NCBI GenBank assembly: GCA_951406725.2
Contig: OX597831.1
Coordinates: forward strand, 75,516,001-75,580,000
DNA length: 64,000 bases
Reading direction: 5' to 3'
From: Octopus vulgaris
Taxonomy: Eukaryota
The notes under the pieces were generated by a model. It worked only from the letters and a program-made list of their open reading frames with translations. It made no database searches and had not been told where the DNA came from. A program made the position numbers and the translations under genes. Positions 51,041-64,000 of this stretch are shown here, piece by piece. The number at the start of each line of letters is the position of its first letter. The stretch's first letter is position 1.

Positions 51041-51230
51041 ATTTAGTTTCAGCTCACGAGTTGTGGCCATGCTGGGGCACCACCATTTGGTGTTGCTACA
51101 TAATTTTACTTCACAAATGCTTTTTAGCAATTGACATTTTGTGCATGAGGGAGTTTGATGCTGCTGCCCTCGTCTGCACCTCCTGTCGCGAAGTTGGTTC
51201 ATCTGGGACACTTCACAGTAAGAGGTCCAG

Positions 51231-51254
<24 letters not shown>

Positions 51255-51266
<12 letters not shown>

Positions 51267-51635
51267 GGCAGTTTGTCTGTGCGTGTTTCTGTGTGTCTGT
51301 TTGCTTGTACCCTCACCCTGACCACGGCTTTCAACCGATTCTGATGAAACTTGACACACGCATAGCCCAATGTCATAATTCAAAACTAACGCAGCGAACA
51401 TTTTGAAAAGTTCCCCCAGTTCTGAAAAAAAATCGATAAATTCGACATGGGGTCGAGAATAAAAAAAAACAAACCACAGACTGTCTAGGGGACGCAACTC
51501 AACCTTTTTTACTCTCAAAAAAAATTTACCATAATTTTTTTTCCATTTTTTTGCTATTTTTTGGCTATAACTCTCTAAAAATGCTTTATAGTTATTTCCC
51601 TTACAAACCTGAGCAACGCCGGGCGATACTGCTAG
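51255..51635 (+). mobile_element. Non-autonomous Helitron
   Basis: 3' end gagcaacgccgggcgatactgCTAG|t is identical in form to the 10923 element. Confidence 0.65.
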
Positions 51636-51657
51636 TATATATATATTGTGTGTGTGT

Positions 51658-51690
<33 letters not shown>

Positions 51691-52100
51691 CCCGTGTTTA
51701 GTTCCACTGTGTGGCCCCTTGGGCAAGTGTTTTCTACCAAAGCCTTGTGAGTGGATTTGGTAGACGGAAAGTGAAAGAAGCCCGTCATATATAAATATGT
51801 ATATATATATATATATATATATACATACAAATATATATATATATATATATATATAGTACAAAGTAAGATAGGGGTTATGAGGGTAACCCACTATGGGATA
51901 TCAGTTATCCATAGGCTGAAACAGCTGTAAGGAGCAGTTTATTTGTATTATTTTTATTGTATTAATAATTTGCATATTGATGTATGTTGTTTTGTTCGAT
52001 TTTCATGTCCCTATTTGTATAATTAATAAATAATGTGAAATTGCAATATCCGTCAGTTGATGATTGAAATGAATTTGTTCTTCCATTTCCTTATTTGTAT

Positions 52101-52177
<77 letters not shown>

Positions 52178-52414
52178 ATGTGTGTATGTGTGTGTGCGTG
52201 TGTATATGTATGTGTGTCTGTGTTTGTCTCCCCAACATCGCTTGACAACCGATGCTGGTGTATTTACGCCCCCGTAACTAGCGGTTCGGCAAAAGAGATC
52301 GATAAAATAAGTACTAGGCTTACAAAGAATAAGTCCTGGGGTCGATTTGCTCGACTAAAGGCGCTGCTCTAGCATGGCCACAGTCAAATGACTGAAACAA
52401 GTAAAAGAGTAAAA

Positions 52415-52559
<145 letters not shown>

Positions 52560-53347
52560 AGAGAGTTTGCGGAGATATATACCGTATTTGCTCTCAGTTC
52601 GGTTTCAGACGCCGGCTAACACAACGGTCCGTGCTTGATGCCCGTATCTACAATAAGTTGTTAGACATCTGTAGATTTTCTCGTTGGGTAATTCCGAGTG
52701 TCCTACTCAGGACTGCAAAAGTTCTGATGAGTGTAAAATAACATATAACAATAAGGAGAATGATAATTCATTTTGCAGTTGTTTACAACATATTACCGTG
52801 ACCTACACGTGGTTCCATTGCAGCGGCTACACACTGTTGCACATGCAACATCCAGTTTAATCCGAAGCAAACCTAAAGTACAGGCCCTGATGAAACTGTT
52901 CTGACAATACTGCCGCCTACCTACCTACCTACCTACCTACCTACCTACCTACCTACCTACCTACCTACTACCTATCTATCTACCTACCTACCTACCTACC
53001 TATCTACCTATCTATCTGTCTGTCTGTCTCTCTGTCTGTCTGTGTTTCGCAGGAAGGATTAGTTCGACGAGACGTGTTCTGTCCTTACCTTCGAAACACG
53101 CTGGAGTTGAACTAGGGACAGCTGATGAAGGGGATTTTTCCTTGTGTAGTTGTCTTGTACTCTGTTTTTCGTTGTTAAAAAAATGGTCCGTTCCATGCTG
53201 TTTTCACGTTTTCGTTTCTCGTTGAGTTCTACGTCTACTTGTGGTGTCCTGTACTCACGTATATCTATTTATATATGCATGTATATATACCTGTAGATGT
53301 AGGTACGTACATATATGTTTGTATGTATGCATATATTTTATTTATTA

Positions 53348-53398
<51 letters not shown>

Positions 53399-53625
53399 AG
53401 TGGGTATGTGGTAAGTAGCTTGCTTCCCAACCACATGTTTTCGGGTTCAGTCCCACTGCGTGGCACCTTGGGCAATTGTCTTCTACCATAGCCTCACACC
53501 GATCAAAGCCTTGTGAGTGGATTTGTTAGACGGAAACTGAAAGAAGCCCGTCATATATATACATACATACATACATACACACACACACATACATATATAT
53601 ATGTATGTATGTATATATGTATGTA

Positions 53626-53674
<49 letters not shown>

Positions 53675-54519
53675 TATGTATAAGTGTTTTTCACGATTGC
53701 TGCAGCAAGTGGGTGAATTATCGGAATCGTTAGAGAGTTGGATTGTTTGCCTTGCATGCTTCTTCTAGTTTCGTTTGCTCTGAGTTCAAATTCATGCTGA
53801 GGTAAACCTTTTTCGTTTCTTTCTTTTTTCTTCTTCTTCAATCAATGATCGTAAATTACTGCATCGAAGAGATGAAAGAAGAGGAAGAGTATATATAAGG
53901 AAAGAGAAGAGAAGAGAGAGAGAGAGAGAGAAGAGAAGACAGAAGCGATGATAAAAGAGAATAGAGAGGTGACGGGATAGAAGAAAAAGGGAGAGAAAAC
54001 GGAGAAAGAAGGGTGAAAATTAGGGGACGAGAAGGAAAATATTTGCAGCAAATTTTAGCACGAGGTCAGTAATTTTAGCAGGAGAGGATTCTTGAGTACA
54101 TCGGCTGAAGTACTTGATTGATTCTTTATTTTTACCCGAAGAATTTAAGCACAGAACGTAAACCCGGAAGAATCGCTTCTGGGCTTTTCGTCCGACGCTC
54201 TGACGATTCTACAAAGTCACCGCATTTTGAAACGCAAATTGTCTTCGGTGGGAACGTAGAGATTCGGGACAAGGGCTGAAATAATTGTTTGAAATTTTGG
54301 CAGAAGGCCAGCAATTTTGAGGGGAGCGGGGGGGAGAGGCAAGTTGATTTCGTGGACCTCAATGTTACTTTACTTTTATGGGTCTCGAAAGGATGAAAGG
54401 TAAAGTTTGGTTCCAGCGGGATTTGAACTTAGAGGGTAAAAAGGGAGGAGGAATGCCCGATGCATTTTGTTTGACGCGCCAAAGATTCTGGCAGGTCCGC
54501 TACCTTGGAGAAGTAAAAT

Positions 54520-55485
54520 GATTAGAAGAAGGGGGGGAGAGAAAGAGAGAGAGAGAATTAACCTAGACGAGAAGAAGGGAGAGGAGAAAGAGGAGGGAAA
54601 GAAGCGGGCGAAGGAGGAGGAGGAGGAGGAAGAAGAAGAGTCGAAGAAAAAGACGAAGAATACAAAGAAAACAATGGAGTAGGAGAAGACGAACAAGAAG
54701 AAGGAATAGAAGAAGTAGAAGAAAAAGGAATAGAAGAAGTAGAAGAGGAAGGAATAGAAGAAGAAGGAATAGAAGAAGAAGAAATAGAAGAAGAAGAAGG
54801 AATAGAAGTAGAAGAGGAAAAAGGAGTAGAAGAGGAAAAAGGAGTAGAAGATGAAGAAGAAGAAAGAGGAAGAGGAGGCGAAAAAGAAAAAAGAAGAGGA
54901 AGAAGGAGGAAAAAGAGGGAGAAGGAGGAGGAGGCGAAGAAGCAGGAGGAGAAGGAGGAGGCGGAGAAGGAGAAATAGAAGGAAAGGAAGAAGAGGAAGA
55001 CTAAGAAGAATAGAAAGAGAAATAGAGAGAAGTGGGCAGAAGTAAGGAAGAGGATAAGAGTAGAGAGAGAGGAGAAGGAGGAGGAATAGTAGTAGAGAAA
55101 GAGAAGAAAAGAAAGAGGGGGAAATACAGTAAATGAAAAGCAAACAAAGAAAAGAATAAAAAAATATAAAATAAAATAAGTAAAAGGTTAAAGAGTAAAA
55201 CAGAGGGAAAGGAGAAAGGTGAAAGGAGGAGGAGGAGGTAGAGGGGGAGTGGAGCTATAAGGGAGGGAAGAGGCTAAAGAGACAAGGAGAGGGAGAGGTG
55301 GAGGTGGAGGGTATCGAGAAATACGGGAGGGAAAGGAGGGTAAGTGGAGAACGAAAGAGGGGGGGATGGACGGTTAAGCGAGAGTGAGAAGGGGGAGCGA
55401 GGAGGGTAAAGAGAGAGTGAGAGGAGGAGGAGGGTAGAGGAAGAGCGGGGGGAGGAGGAGGAGGAGGGGGGAAAGGGAAGGGGGA
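54520..55485. repeat. Polypurine (GA/GAA/GGA) low-complexity tract
   Basis: About 1 kb of almost pure purine on the + strand. Confidence 0.9.
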
Positions 55486-55503
55486 TGTTTGGTGTTTCGA
55501 GTG

Positions 55504-55677
55504 ATAAGCACCGAAGTTTCGTTGATGTTGTTTCTCTGTGTGTCACTGTGACGACGACGACGACGATGGGTGGATGTAAGTATTTCGGGTATAAGCACCG
55601 AAGTTTCGTTGATGTTGTTTCTCTGTGTGTCACTGTGACGACGACGACGACGATGGGTGGATGTAAGTATTTCGGGT
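55504..55677. repeat. Perfect 87-bp tandem duplication
   Basis: ataagcaccgaag...gtaagtatttcgggt occurs at 55504-55590 and 55591-55677. Confidence 0.9.
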
Positions 55678-56168
55678 TTATATAGTCACACTGTGTGTGT
55701 ATGCGTGTGTATGTGTGTGTATGTATGTGTGTGTGTATGTGTGTGTGTGTGTCTATGTGTGTGTATGTGTGTGTATGTGTGTGTGTGTATGTGTGTGTAT
55801 GTGTGTGTGTGCATGACATACAAATATGAAATGTGTATATATTATATATTATATTATATATCTAATATTATATGCATAGTTATATGTAATATATGTAATA
55901 CATGAACGTATCATTCATGATATATTTGTGTATATTATATATACAATGTGTATATATAGGATATATGCAGCACGGATTTTTGCCAGTGAACAGGTCGCGG
56001 TCTTAAAGCGACGAAAATATTTTGACAAATTAAACTTAAATGTTGAAGTGAATCGAACGGCTTTTGTGTGTTTCTTAAATGGCTTATAAACACCTTCCAC
56101 GCTGCAATTGTTTTCATTCCAGCACACGATCTCAGATCAAGTCACTTGCTATGCAAGTACATCTCCTA

Positions 56169-56257
<89 letters not shown>

Positions 56258-57471
56258 GTCCGTCTGTCTGTCTGTCTGTCTGTCTTTCTACATACATAAT
56301 GTAGAAAACTGTATATAATGGTACACGCACACAAACTTATACATATATATACACACACACAATCTATATATGTATACATACATGCACAATTTCATACATA
56401 TGTGTATTTGCGTGAGTTCGTGTGTTTGATTGCGTGTGTGTGTGTCTGTGTGTGTTTGATTGCGTGTGCGTGTGTGTGTGTGTGTATGTCTGTGTGTGTG
56501 TGTATGTCTGTGTGTGTGTGTGTGTAAGTTATCGGCCGCTAATTAACAATATTCTTATTGTCGCTGTTGTCGTTCGGATTAAGTTGAAAACAACGAATTA
56601 GGACGGGGATCCACCCCCTTTTCTTTCTCTCTCTCTCCCTCTCTCTCTCTCTGCCCTTCTCCAACTCTCTCTCCCTCTTTCCTCAAATAACTCAACTCTG
56701 CCGTTTCTGGTAAGAAAATACACATTTTTTTCCTTTCTTCAAACAAATGTTTTGCTTTTCTTTCCGTCCGACTTTTCTGTTATTCTTTCTCATCTCAATC
56801 ATCATCGTCGTCATCGTCTTCATCATCCTCCTCCTCCTCATCATCATTATTGCCATTATCATCGTCATCATCATCATCAACGTCATCATGATGTTCGTCT
56901 TCATCGCTCTCTCTCTCTCCGAGTGACCTCTCTCTTTGCCTGTCTGTCTATCTTTTCTCTCTCTCTCTCTCTCTCTTGCGTAATCATTTGTTGTCCTCCT
57001 CCTCCTCCCTCATTCATCCTCACCAATTCGCGGCTACCTCCAAGCGGTCGTTCGACTTGCTAAAAACAACAGTCGTATCTCTTTCCAAATTTCGCATCAC
57101 TCTTCCCTGTCTTTAAAGAAGCAAACAAACACCCAGATACAAAAACAGCCCCTGTCCCTGCTTCATCCTTCAAAATGAGAACAAACAAACGAGGGTTCCA
57201 CTTTGGGATACGCAAACAGACGTGATGGTCGCAGTCGGGACAGCTTTCTGTCAAGGCTGACCTCGGTCGAACTAAGCAACAAGCCGTCAACGCCGCCACC
57301 ACCACCACCACCACACCATCATCATCATCGTCATCATCAACGTCATCATGATTGTCGTCGTCATTATCATCATCATCATCGTCGTCATCATCATCATCAT
57401 CATCGTCGTCGTCATCATCAACGTCATCATCATCGTTGTCGTCGTCATCATCATCATCATCATCTTCGTTG

Positions 57472-57513
<42 letters not shown>

Positions 57514-57979
57514 CCACCACCACCCTCAGATCCTTATCTTATTTTGATCACATCGAGTCCCTCTTTAGACGGGTGAGAGAATGACAGAAGCAGTACCAGT
57601 TATATTACCGGGTCCTTTTAACCGACGATGCACCGCCCACAAAACCTGTGACTTTTTGTCTCTAAAGAAGTTATTTATTTTCGTTTTATTGTCATCGTTT
57701 ATTGTCATCGCTGTTGTCGTTATGGTTGTTGTTGTTGTTGGTACTTTTGTGGATGTTGCTGACGTTTTCGTTGTTGTTGACATTCTTTCGTTTCAGTCGT
57801 TATTAGACTGAGGCCATGCTGGAGCAACGCATTGAAGAATTTTTTGTCGAATGAATCGACTCCTGTACTTATCTTTATTTTTAAAGCGTGGTACTTGTTC
57901 TATCGGTTCTTTTGCCGATCCGCTAAGTTACGGGCACCTGAACATATATAACTTCTTTATTGTTAGTTTTCCAAAAGAA

Positions 57980-58354
57980 CTAGTAGTATCGCCCGGCGTT
58001 GCTCAGGTTTGTTTCGACCCTTTAGGATGGGAATTTTTGAAAAGTAAAAATTTTGCATTATTTAGCTTGTTATTCTCTTTAAGTGAACATTTTTCTGGTT
58101 GAAATACACCGAAAAATGATTACACAGCAGTTAAAAAAAATCATAAAAAATAGGGATTTTCATAGAAAAAAAGCACCTTTTTGATGTAAATAATTTTTGA
58201 TGTTAACATGGTCCAATTTGAATTTTTTCTTCTACGGAAGGAAGAGCAAGCCTTCTTCTATCATACTCTCAATTTTGGTCAACTTGCGCCGCAGGGTCTC
58301 GGAGGCTACCAAACCTGCCATACACAGACAACTTCAGCTTTAAATATAGAGAGA
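57980..58354 (-). mobile_element. Non-autonomous Helitron (same family as 4019-4405)
   Basis: Reverse-complement similarity to 4019-4405, with TC and CTAG termini. Confidence 0.7.
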
Positions 58355-58720
58355 TTTATTTTGTAAAAAAATATATTGAGCCTGGTATTTATTCTCTCGG
58401 TCTCTTTTGGCCGACCGCCATGTTACGGGGACGTAAATACACCAACACAGGTTGTCAAGCAGTGGTAGAGCACACACACACACACACACACAGACGCACA
58501 CACGCATACGACGGGCTTCTTTTCAGTTTCCGTGTACCGAATTCACTCACAGGGCCTTGGTCAGTCTGTGTCTCCAGTAAAATGCACTTGCCTAAGGTGC
58601 CACGCAGAGGGACCGAACCCGGAACCGTGTGGCTGGGAAGCAATACCGTTGTCCTTCTTGTTAAGCTTCAAAACTTTGTTTTAATCTTGGAATTTTCTGC
58701 TGCCGTTTGCAGAATATAGT

Positions 58721-58943
58721 CTTTTACTTGTTTCAGTCATTTGACTGCGGCCATGCTGGAGCACTGCATCTTAGTCGAACAAATCGATCCCAGGACTTAC
58801 TCTTTGTAAGCCCGGTACTTATTCTATCGGTTGCTTTGGCCGAACCGCTACGTTACGGGGACGTAAACGCACCAACGTCGGCTGTCAAGCGATGGTGGCG
58901 GAGGGGGGGAGACAAACACACACACATACACACAAATACATAA

Positions 58944-58979
<36 letters not shown>

Positions 58980-59138
58980 CGGGCTTCTTTCAGTTTCCGT
59001 CTACCAAATCCACTCACAAGGCTTTGGTTGGCTCAAGATTATAGTAGAAGACACTTGCCCAAGGTGCCACGCAGTGGGACTGAACCCAGAACTATGTGGT
59101 TGGTAAACAAGCTACTTACCACACAGCCACTCCTGCGC
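58721..59138 (-). mobile_element. SINE family A, full length
   Basis: Reverse complement of the family consensus. Confidence 0.8.
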
Positions 59139-59145
59139 TTATGTA

Positions 59146-59192
<47 letters not shown>

Positions 59193-59305
59193 GACACACC
59201 CACACATACATGCTGTAACATACATATAGCATCAACAACATACATCTACACACAAAACACTATGACACTATGACCCGCAACAACCACCTCCACCACCACC
59301 ACTAT

Positions 59306-59338
<33 letters not shown>

Positions 59339-59599
59339 ATGAGACGCGCGTGCATATACACACACACAGACACCAAGAAATCGAAGGACACATCGTGTCA
59401 CAGCGACATACTAACATACATACAAATATACACATATACATGCATATATATGTGTGTGTATACACACACACACACACACACACACATAGACACATACATA
59501 TATATATATGTGGAGGCGCAATGTTTTTTTAAGGTTTTTTGGCTGCTATTTCTAAACTTCGGTATGTGGTAAAGCAAATCTTTGCTGAACCCTAATTAT

Positions 59600-59631
<32 letters not shown>

Positions 59632-60113
59632 CTGTTTCATTCAAGAGAAATCTTCAGGAAGCTAGTTAACATATATATATATTAGAGGGAAACCACTGTG
59701 TGGACACCCTTATGCTAGAAGTAGATCCGCTATGGTCTTACCACTAAGAAACATTCCTTAGGGCAGCGGACTCGCGGTCGGAGGATCGCGATTTCGATTC
59801 CCAGACCGGGCGTTGTGTGTGTTTATTGAGGAAAACACCTAAAGCTCCACGAGGCTCCGGCAGGGGATGGAGGCGACCCCTGTTGTACGCTTTCGCCCCC
59901 AACTTTCTTTCACTCTTTCTTCCTGTTTCTTGAGTAACTCTGTGATGGACTGGCGTCCCGTCCAGCTAGTGGGGAACACATACGCCATAGAAACCGGGAA
60001 ACCGGGCCCATGAGCCTGGCTAGGATTGAAAAGGGCGCATAAAAAAATATATTTATACATTCACACACACACACACATACATACACACATTTCTATTATC
60101 CATACACATTCAT

Positions 60114-60292
60114 CTATCCGTCCATGCTTGCATATCCAGGTATGGGTTCCTTATCTGGTATTCCTTGAAGAAATTTATCCAGATTCCCTTTAAAGGCCAT
60201 GGGCCCCTTTTCGTCTTTGATCTGTTTTGGGACAATTTTAAACAGAGCAGGGCCTGTTGAGGAAAAGAAATTGTGTCGCAGTGTATTTACAT
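60114..60292 (-). mobile_element. CR1-clade LINE 3' ORF2 fragment
   Basis: TLRHNFFSSTGPALFKIVPKQIK..FKGNLDKFLQGIPD.P.PGY matches the CR1 C-terminal pattern. Confidence 0.7.
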
Positions 60293-60775
60293 GTGGTGAT
60301 ACATACATACATACATACATACATACATACACACATACGTACATACATACATACATACATACATACATACATACATACATACATACATACATACATACAC
60401 ACATACATACATACATACATACATACATACATACATACATACATGCATACATACATACATACATACATACATGCATACATACGCATGTAGGTATATACAT
60501 ACGTACATACATACATATACATACCTACATGCATCAACATACATTTATACAAACAACGGTATACACCCATACATACATCTGTCTATATACCTCTATATAT
60601 CTGTATACGCACACACAAATACACACAACACACATACATATATACACATCCGACAAGTGAATTAGGGTCGTTCTTTGTGTTGCTTGTCCCATTTTCCATT
60701 TGTTTTCGTATTTCATGTTGTTTACTGTTGGTGACGTCCTGTACCCATATATGCATATGTATGTATATATATATA

Positions 60776-62407
60776 CCCGCGATCGGGTATGGAGTCCGAT
60801 TATTTCTATGTCCCCGCGCATGACATTTATTGGATGGCCGTTGACTCTCAAGAGTTCCTCCGCCCTTTGACGGGTTTTGTTTTTCATCCCGCAGGGTGTC
60901 CAATAAACACCCTCCTCACCAAGCAAGCTTGGTGGGGTTGCCAGTTTAGTCGCCGACGACCCGACCATGCAACAGGTAGTACTGGGTTACATGTTACCAG
61001 CAGCACTCGAAAGTGACCTGACATATCCATGTATACATCCATCCATACATCCCTAAATACGTATGTATATATACACATATATGCGTCCCGAAACACACGT
61101 AATCATTCCAAACCAAAGTTTCTGTTTGTAAAGAACAGATTTGAACAAATGTGTCGCTATTTACCTTTGCCTTGCAATTTCGGACTGTCAACTTTGGAAA
61201 AAGAAAATGAAAAGGTTAAAAGAAAGTAAAAAAAAAGGGAAAAAATGTCACTAACCTGTCTCTGCTTGTGCAGAGGGAGATTAATGGCTCATATAAGATT
61301 CGTGCACACACACACATACATGCTTGCATACATACATACATACATACATATATACATACATACACGTATATATGTATACACTCACACACACAGGCAAGTT
61401 TATATATCAAACATCTATATACGCACACACAGACGCACGTATGGTGTGTGCCCCTCGTTATGAATATGGTCATTGCACGAAGCTTAATCAATATCGTGCA
61501 ATGCCCGTGCAAGAAGATTTTTTTAAATAAGGAAAGGCTGTGCACTGAGTCAATCTCACTCACTAAGCAGCAGCAGCCATAATCTGAAAAGAAGAACAAG
61601 TCAACATCATCGGTAACCACTGAGCCGCAGGTTTTATGTCGGAGTTATCCCAGTTACCTGAGTTACCTTCTCCAAGAAGGATGCCCTAACAAAGGCTAGG
61701 AGTCCTTCATTCCCATTGGTTTAACCGCGCGATCGGGTATTCAATCCGATTATTTCTATGTCTCCACGCATGATACAACCTTAAGACATTTATTGGATGG
61801 CCGTTGACTCTCAAGTTCCTCCGCCCTTTGACGGGTTTTGTTTTTCCTCCCACAGGGTGTCCAATAAACACCCTCCTCACCAAGCAAGCAAGCTTGGCGG
61901 GGTTGCGGTTTAGTCGCCGACGACCCGACCATGCAACAGGTTGTACTGGGTTACATGTTACCAGCAGCACTCGAAAGTGACCTGACCCATCCATTTATAC
62001 ACATACCCATGTATACATCCCTACATTCGTATGTATATATACACATATATGCGTCCCAAATCACACGTAATCATTCCAAACCAAAGTTTCTGTTTGTAAA
62101 GAACAGATTTGAACAAATGTGTCGCTATTTACCTTTGCCTTGCAATTTCGGACTGTCAACTTTGGAAAAAAAGAAAAAAAAAGAGGTAAAAAAGGTAAAA
62201 AAAAAAAAAGAAGGAAAAAATGTCACTAACCTGTCTCTGCTTGTGCAGAGGGAGATTAATGGCTTATATAAGATTCGCATATACACACACACACACACAT
62301 ACATGCATGCATACATACATACATATATACATACATGCACGTATATATGTATACACGCACACACACAGGCACGTTTATATGTACATACGCACACACAGAC
62401 GCACGTA
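60776..62407. repeat. Diverged local direct duplication of about 670 bp (60776-61441 and 61724-62407)
   Basis: Colinear copies with substitutions and small indels, separated by about 280 nt of other sequence. Confidence 0.85.
60941..61018 (-). ncRNA. HDV-like ribozyme candidate in a non-LTR retrotransposon-type 5' UTR (second copy at 61906-61982)
   Basis: P2 ccagt/actgg, L3-like acctgt, GG, P4 tcg-tcgg-cga, J4/2 CTAA. P1 and P3 pairing is imperfect. Confidence 0.4.
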
Positions 62408-62422
62408 TGTGTGTGTATGCAT

Positions 62423-62507
<85 letters not shown>

Positions 62508-62714
62508 TATATCGTGTGTACCGTTGGCGATTTTTTTTCCTCTGTCTTCCCTTCTCTGGATCTTTCCTTCTCCTATGTTTCCGACGAAGAGCTCCGCTCG
62601 AAACGTTAAACCCTCCTTCTTTCCTTCTTTCCTGAGCGTCCAATAATACTATATTTGTTCCACGTCCTCGCGTTATTGTGTTTTCTCTTTGTGTTTTCTT
62701 GTTTGGATTAACTT

Positions 62715-62749
<35 letters not shown>

Positions 62750-63098
62750 ATATTTATCAAAAGAAAAACAGGATGCAAAGGATTTAGCGGTACATATGTT
62801 TCTGGCCTTTATTAGACAGTTTATATCAATGCATAATTGATGTAATATGTATGTCAATAGCCTTCATCAGCGGCGCACAATTACCACACCAAAGACATGT
62901 ATTACATTATAAGTTTGGGAAAAAGACTATTTTCGTTGGGGATGCAAATCCTCATATTCGTATACATAGATATGCATATATATATTTGCATATATAAATA
63001 TATGTGTATACATATGTTTGTCTATGTATGTATGTATGTATGTATGTATGTATCTATCTATCTATCTATCTCTCTCTCTCTCTCCCTCTATCTCTCTC

Positions 63099-63152
<54 letters not shown>

Positions 63153-64000
63153 CATACACACACACGCGCACGCATACACACACACACCAACACACAGCAC
63201 ACACACACATGTCATGCCAATCCATTCGTTGAACTCGCGTGACCATCACTGACCATAAAAAAATACTGCATATGCATATGTCTGTGTGTCTGTATGTATT
63301 TGCGCGTGTGTATGAGACCTGTGGTGACTCTTGACTCCTATTAATATCTTACAGTTTTTCTTTGTTTCTAATGGCAGACGACACCGATCGCCATGTTTTA
63401 TTTTGCTTGGATGTCGTCATCGTGTTCGTGTAAACGGTTGTCGTGAAGTTTTAAAACGATGACAAGGGAGCTGACACCCTTATTTCACACGTACGGATAG
63501 TTGACTTGCTTTACATTGATCAGTATGGACCCGCCATCCTACTTCGCCCTCGTTGTGCTTAATCTTACAAAATAGTTTCCGGCAGTTCTTTCGGTTTGTG
63601 ACCACAAAATGGTAATGGAAGCATAGATATTGACACATTATCCGGCAATGTTTAGTCGCACGTCTCAAATAGGCAGAGCAGCCACCGCTTTTATTTTGCT
63701 ATTATTATTTATTTATATTTAAAGGCGACGAGCTGGCAGGATCGTTACCATGCCGAACAAATCACTAAGCGACATTTCGATCGTCTTTACGTTAGAGCGC
63801 AAATTCCGTCAGGGTCGACTTTACTTTTCATCCGTTCGGGGTCGATAAAATAAGTAGCAGTCTATTATAGGGGTCGATGTAATCACGATTAACATACTTC
63901 TCCCAAATTTAAAGCCTTGTACAAATAGTAAAAAGGGACGCCTGCTGGGTTCGGCTGCTCTACATTGATAAGGGGCAAATAGCCCGAAACTAGTCTGTAG

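Noticed and set aside
53120-53145. CTGATGA motif as a hammerhead or C/D-box snoRNA (also 52724 and 52887)
   Set aside because: No correctly placed downstream stem II plus GAAA, and no terminal stem with a D box.
54376-55143. 255-aa Phe/Leu/Ser-rich ORF resembling a membrane protein
   Set aside because: Antisense reading of a polypurine low-complexity tract.
57203-57584. His-, Ser- or Ile-rich ORFs
   Set aside because: (CAT)n/(CGT)n trinucleotide repeat, open in all frames.

Overview
Eukaryotic, AT-rich and very repeat-dense DNA. The SINE families, microsatellite load and Penelope/Helitron/mariner content suggest an octopus (cephalopod) genome; this is inferred from recognised repeat families, not from a search. 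Most entries in the ORF track are microsatellite or SINE translations. Two real protein-coding genes can be read by hand. (1) The last coding exon of malonyl-CoA decarboxylase (MLYCD, + strand, 2457-2695). (2) A convergent minus-strand SKA3-like kinetochore gene with 7 coding exons (ATG at 30002, stop at 6106-6108, about 426 aa, all splice phases consistent). Its third coding intron (17648-21255) is a consensus U12-type minor-spliceosome intron, and it has a candidate CDE/CHR + CRE cell-cycle promoter near 33.3-33.4 kb. I found no supportable host gene in 36-64 kb. The rest of the window holds decayed mariner, piggyBac, hAT, Helitron, CR1, RTE and Penelope elements, dozens of tRNA-derived SINEs, an initiator tRNA-Met pseudogene, several minimal hammerhead ribozyme motifs (one inside a ~155-bp inverted repeat), and a duplicated structured 5' UTR with an HDV-like ribozyme candidate.
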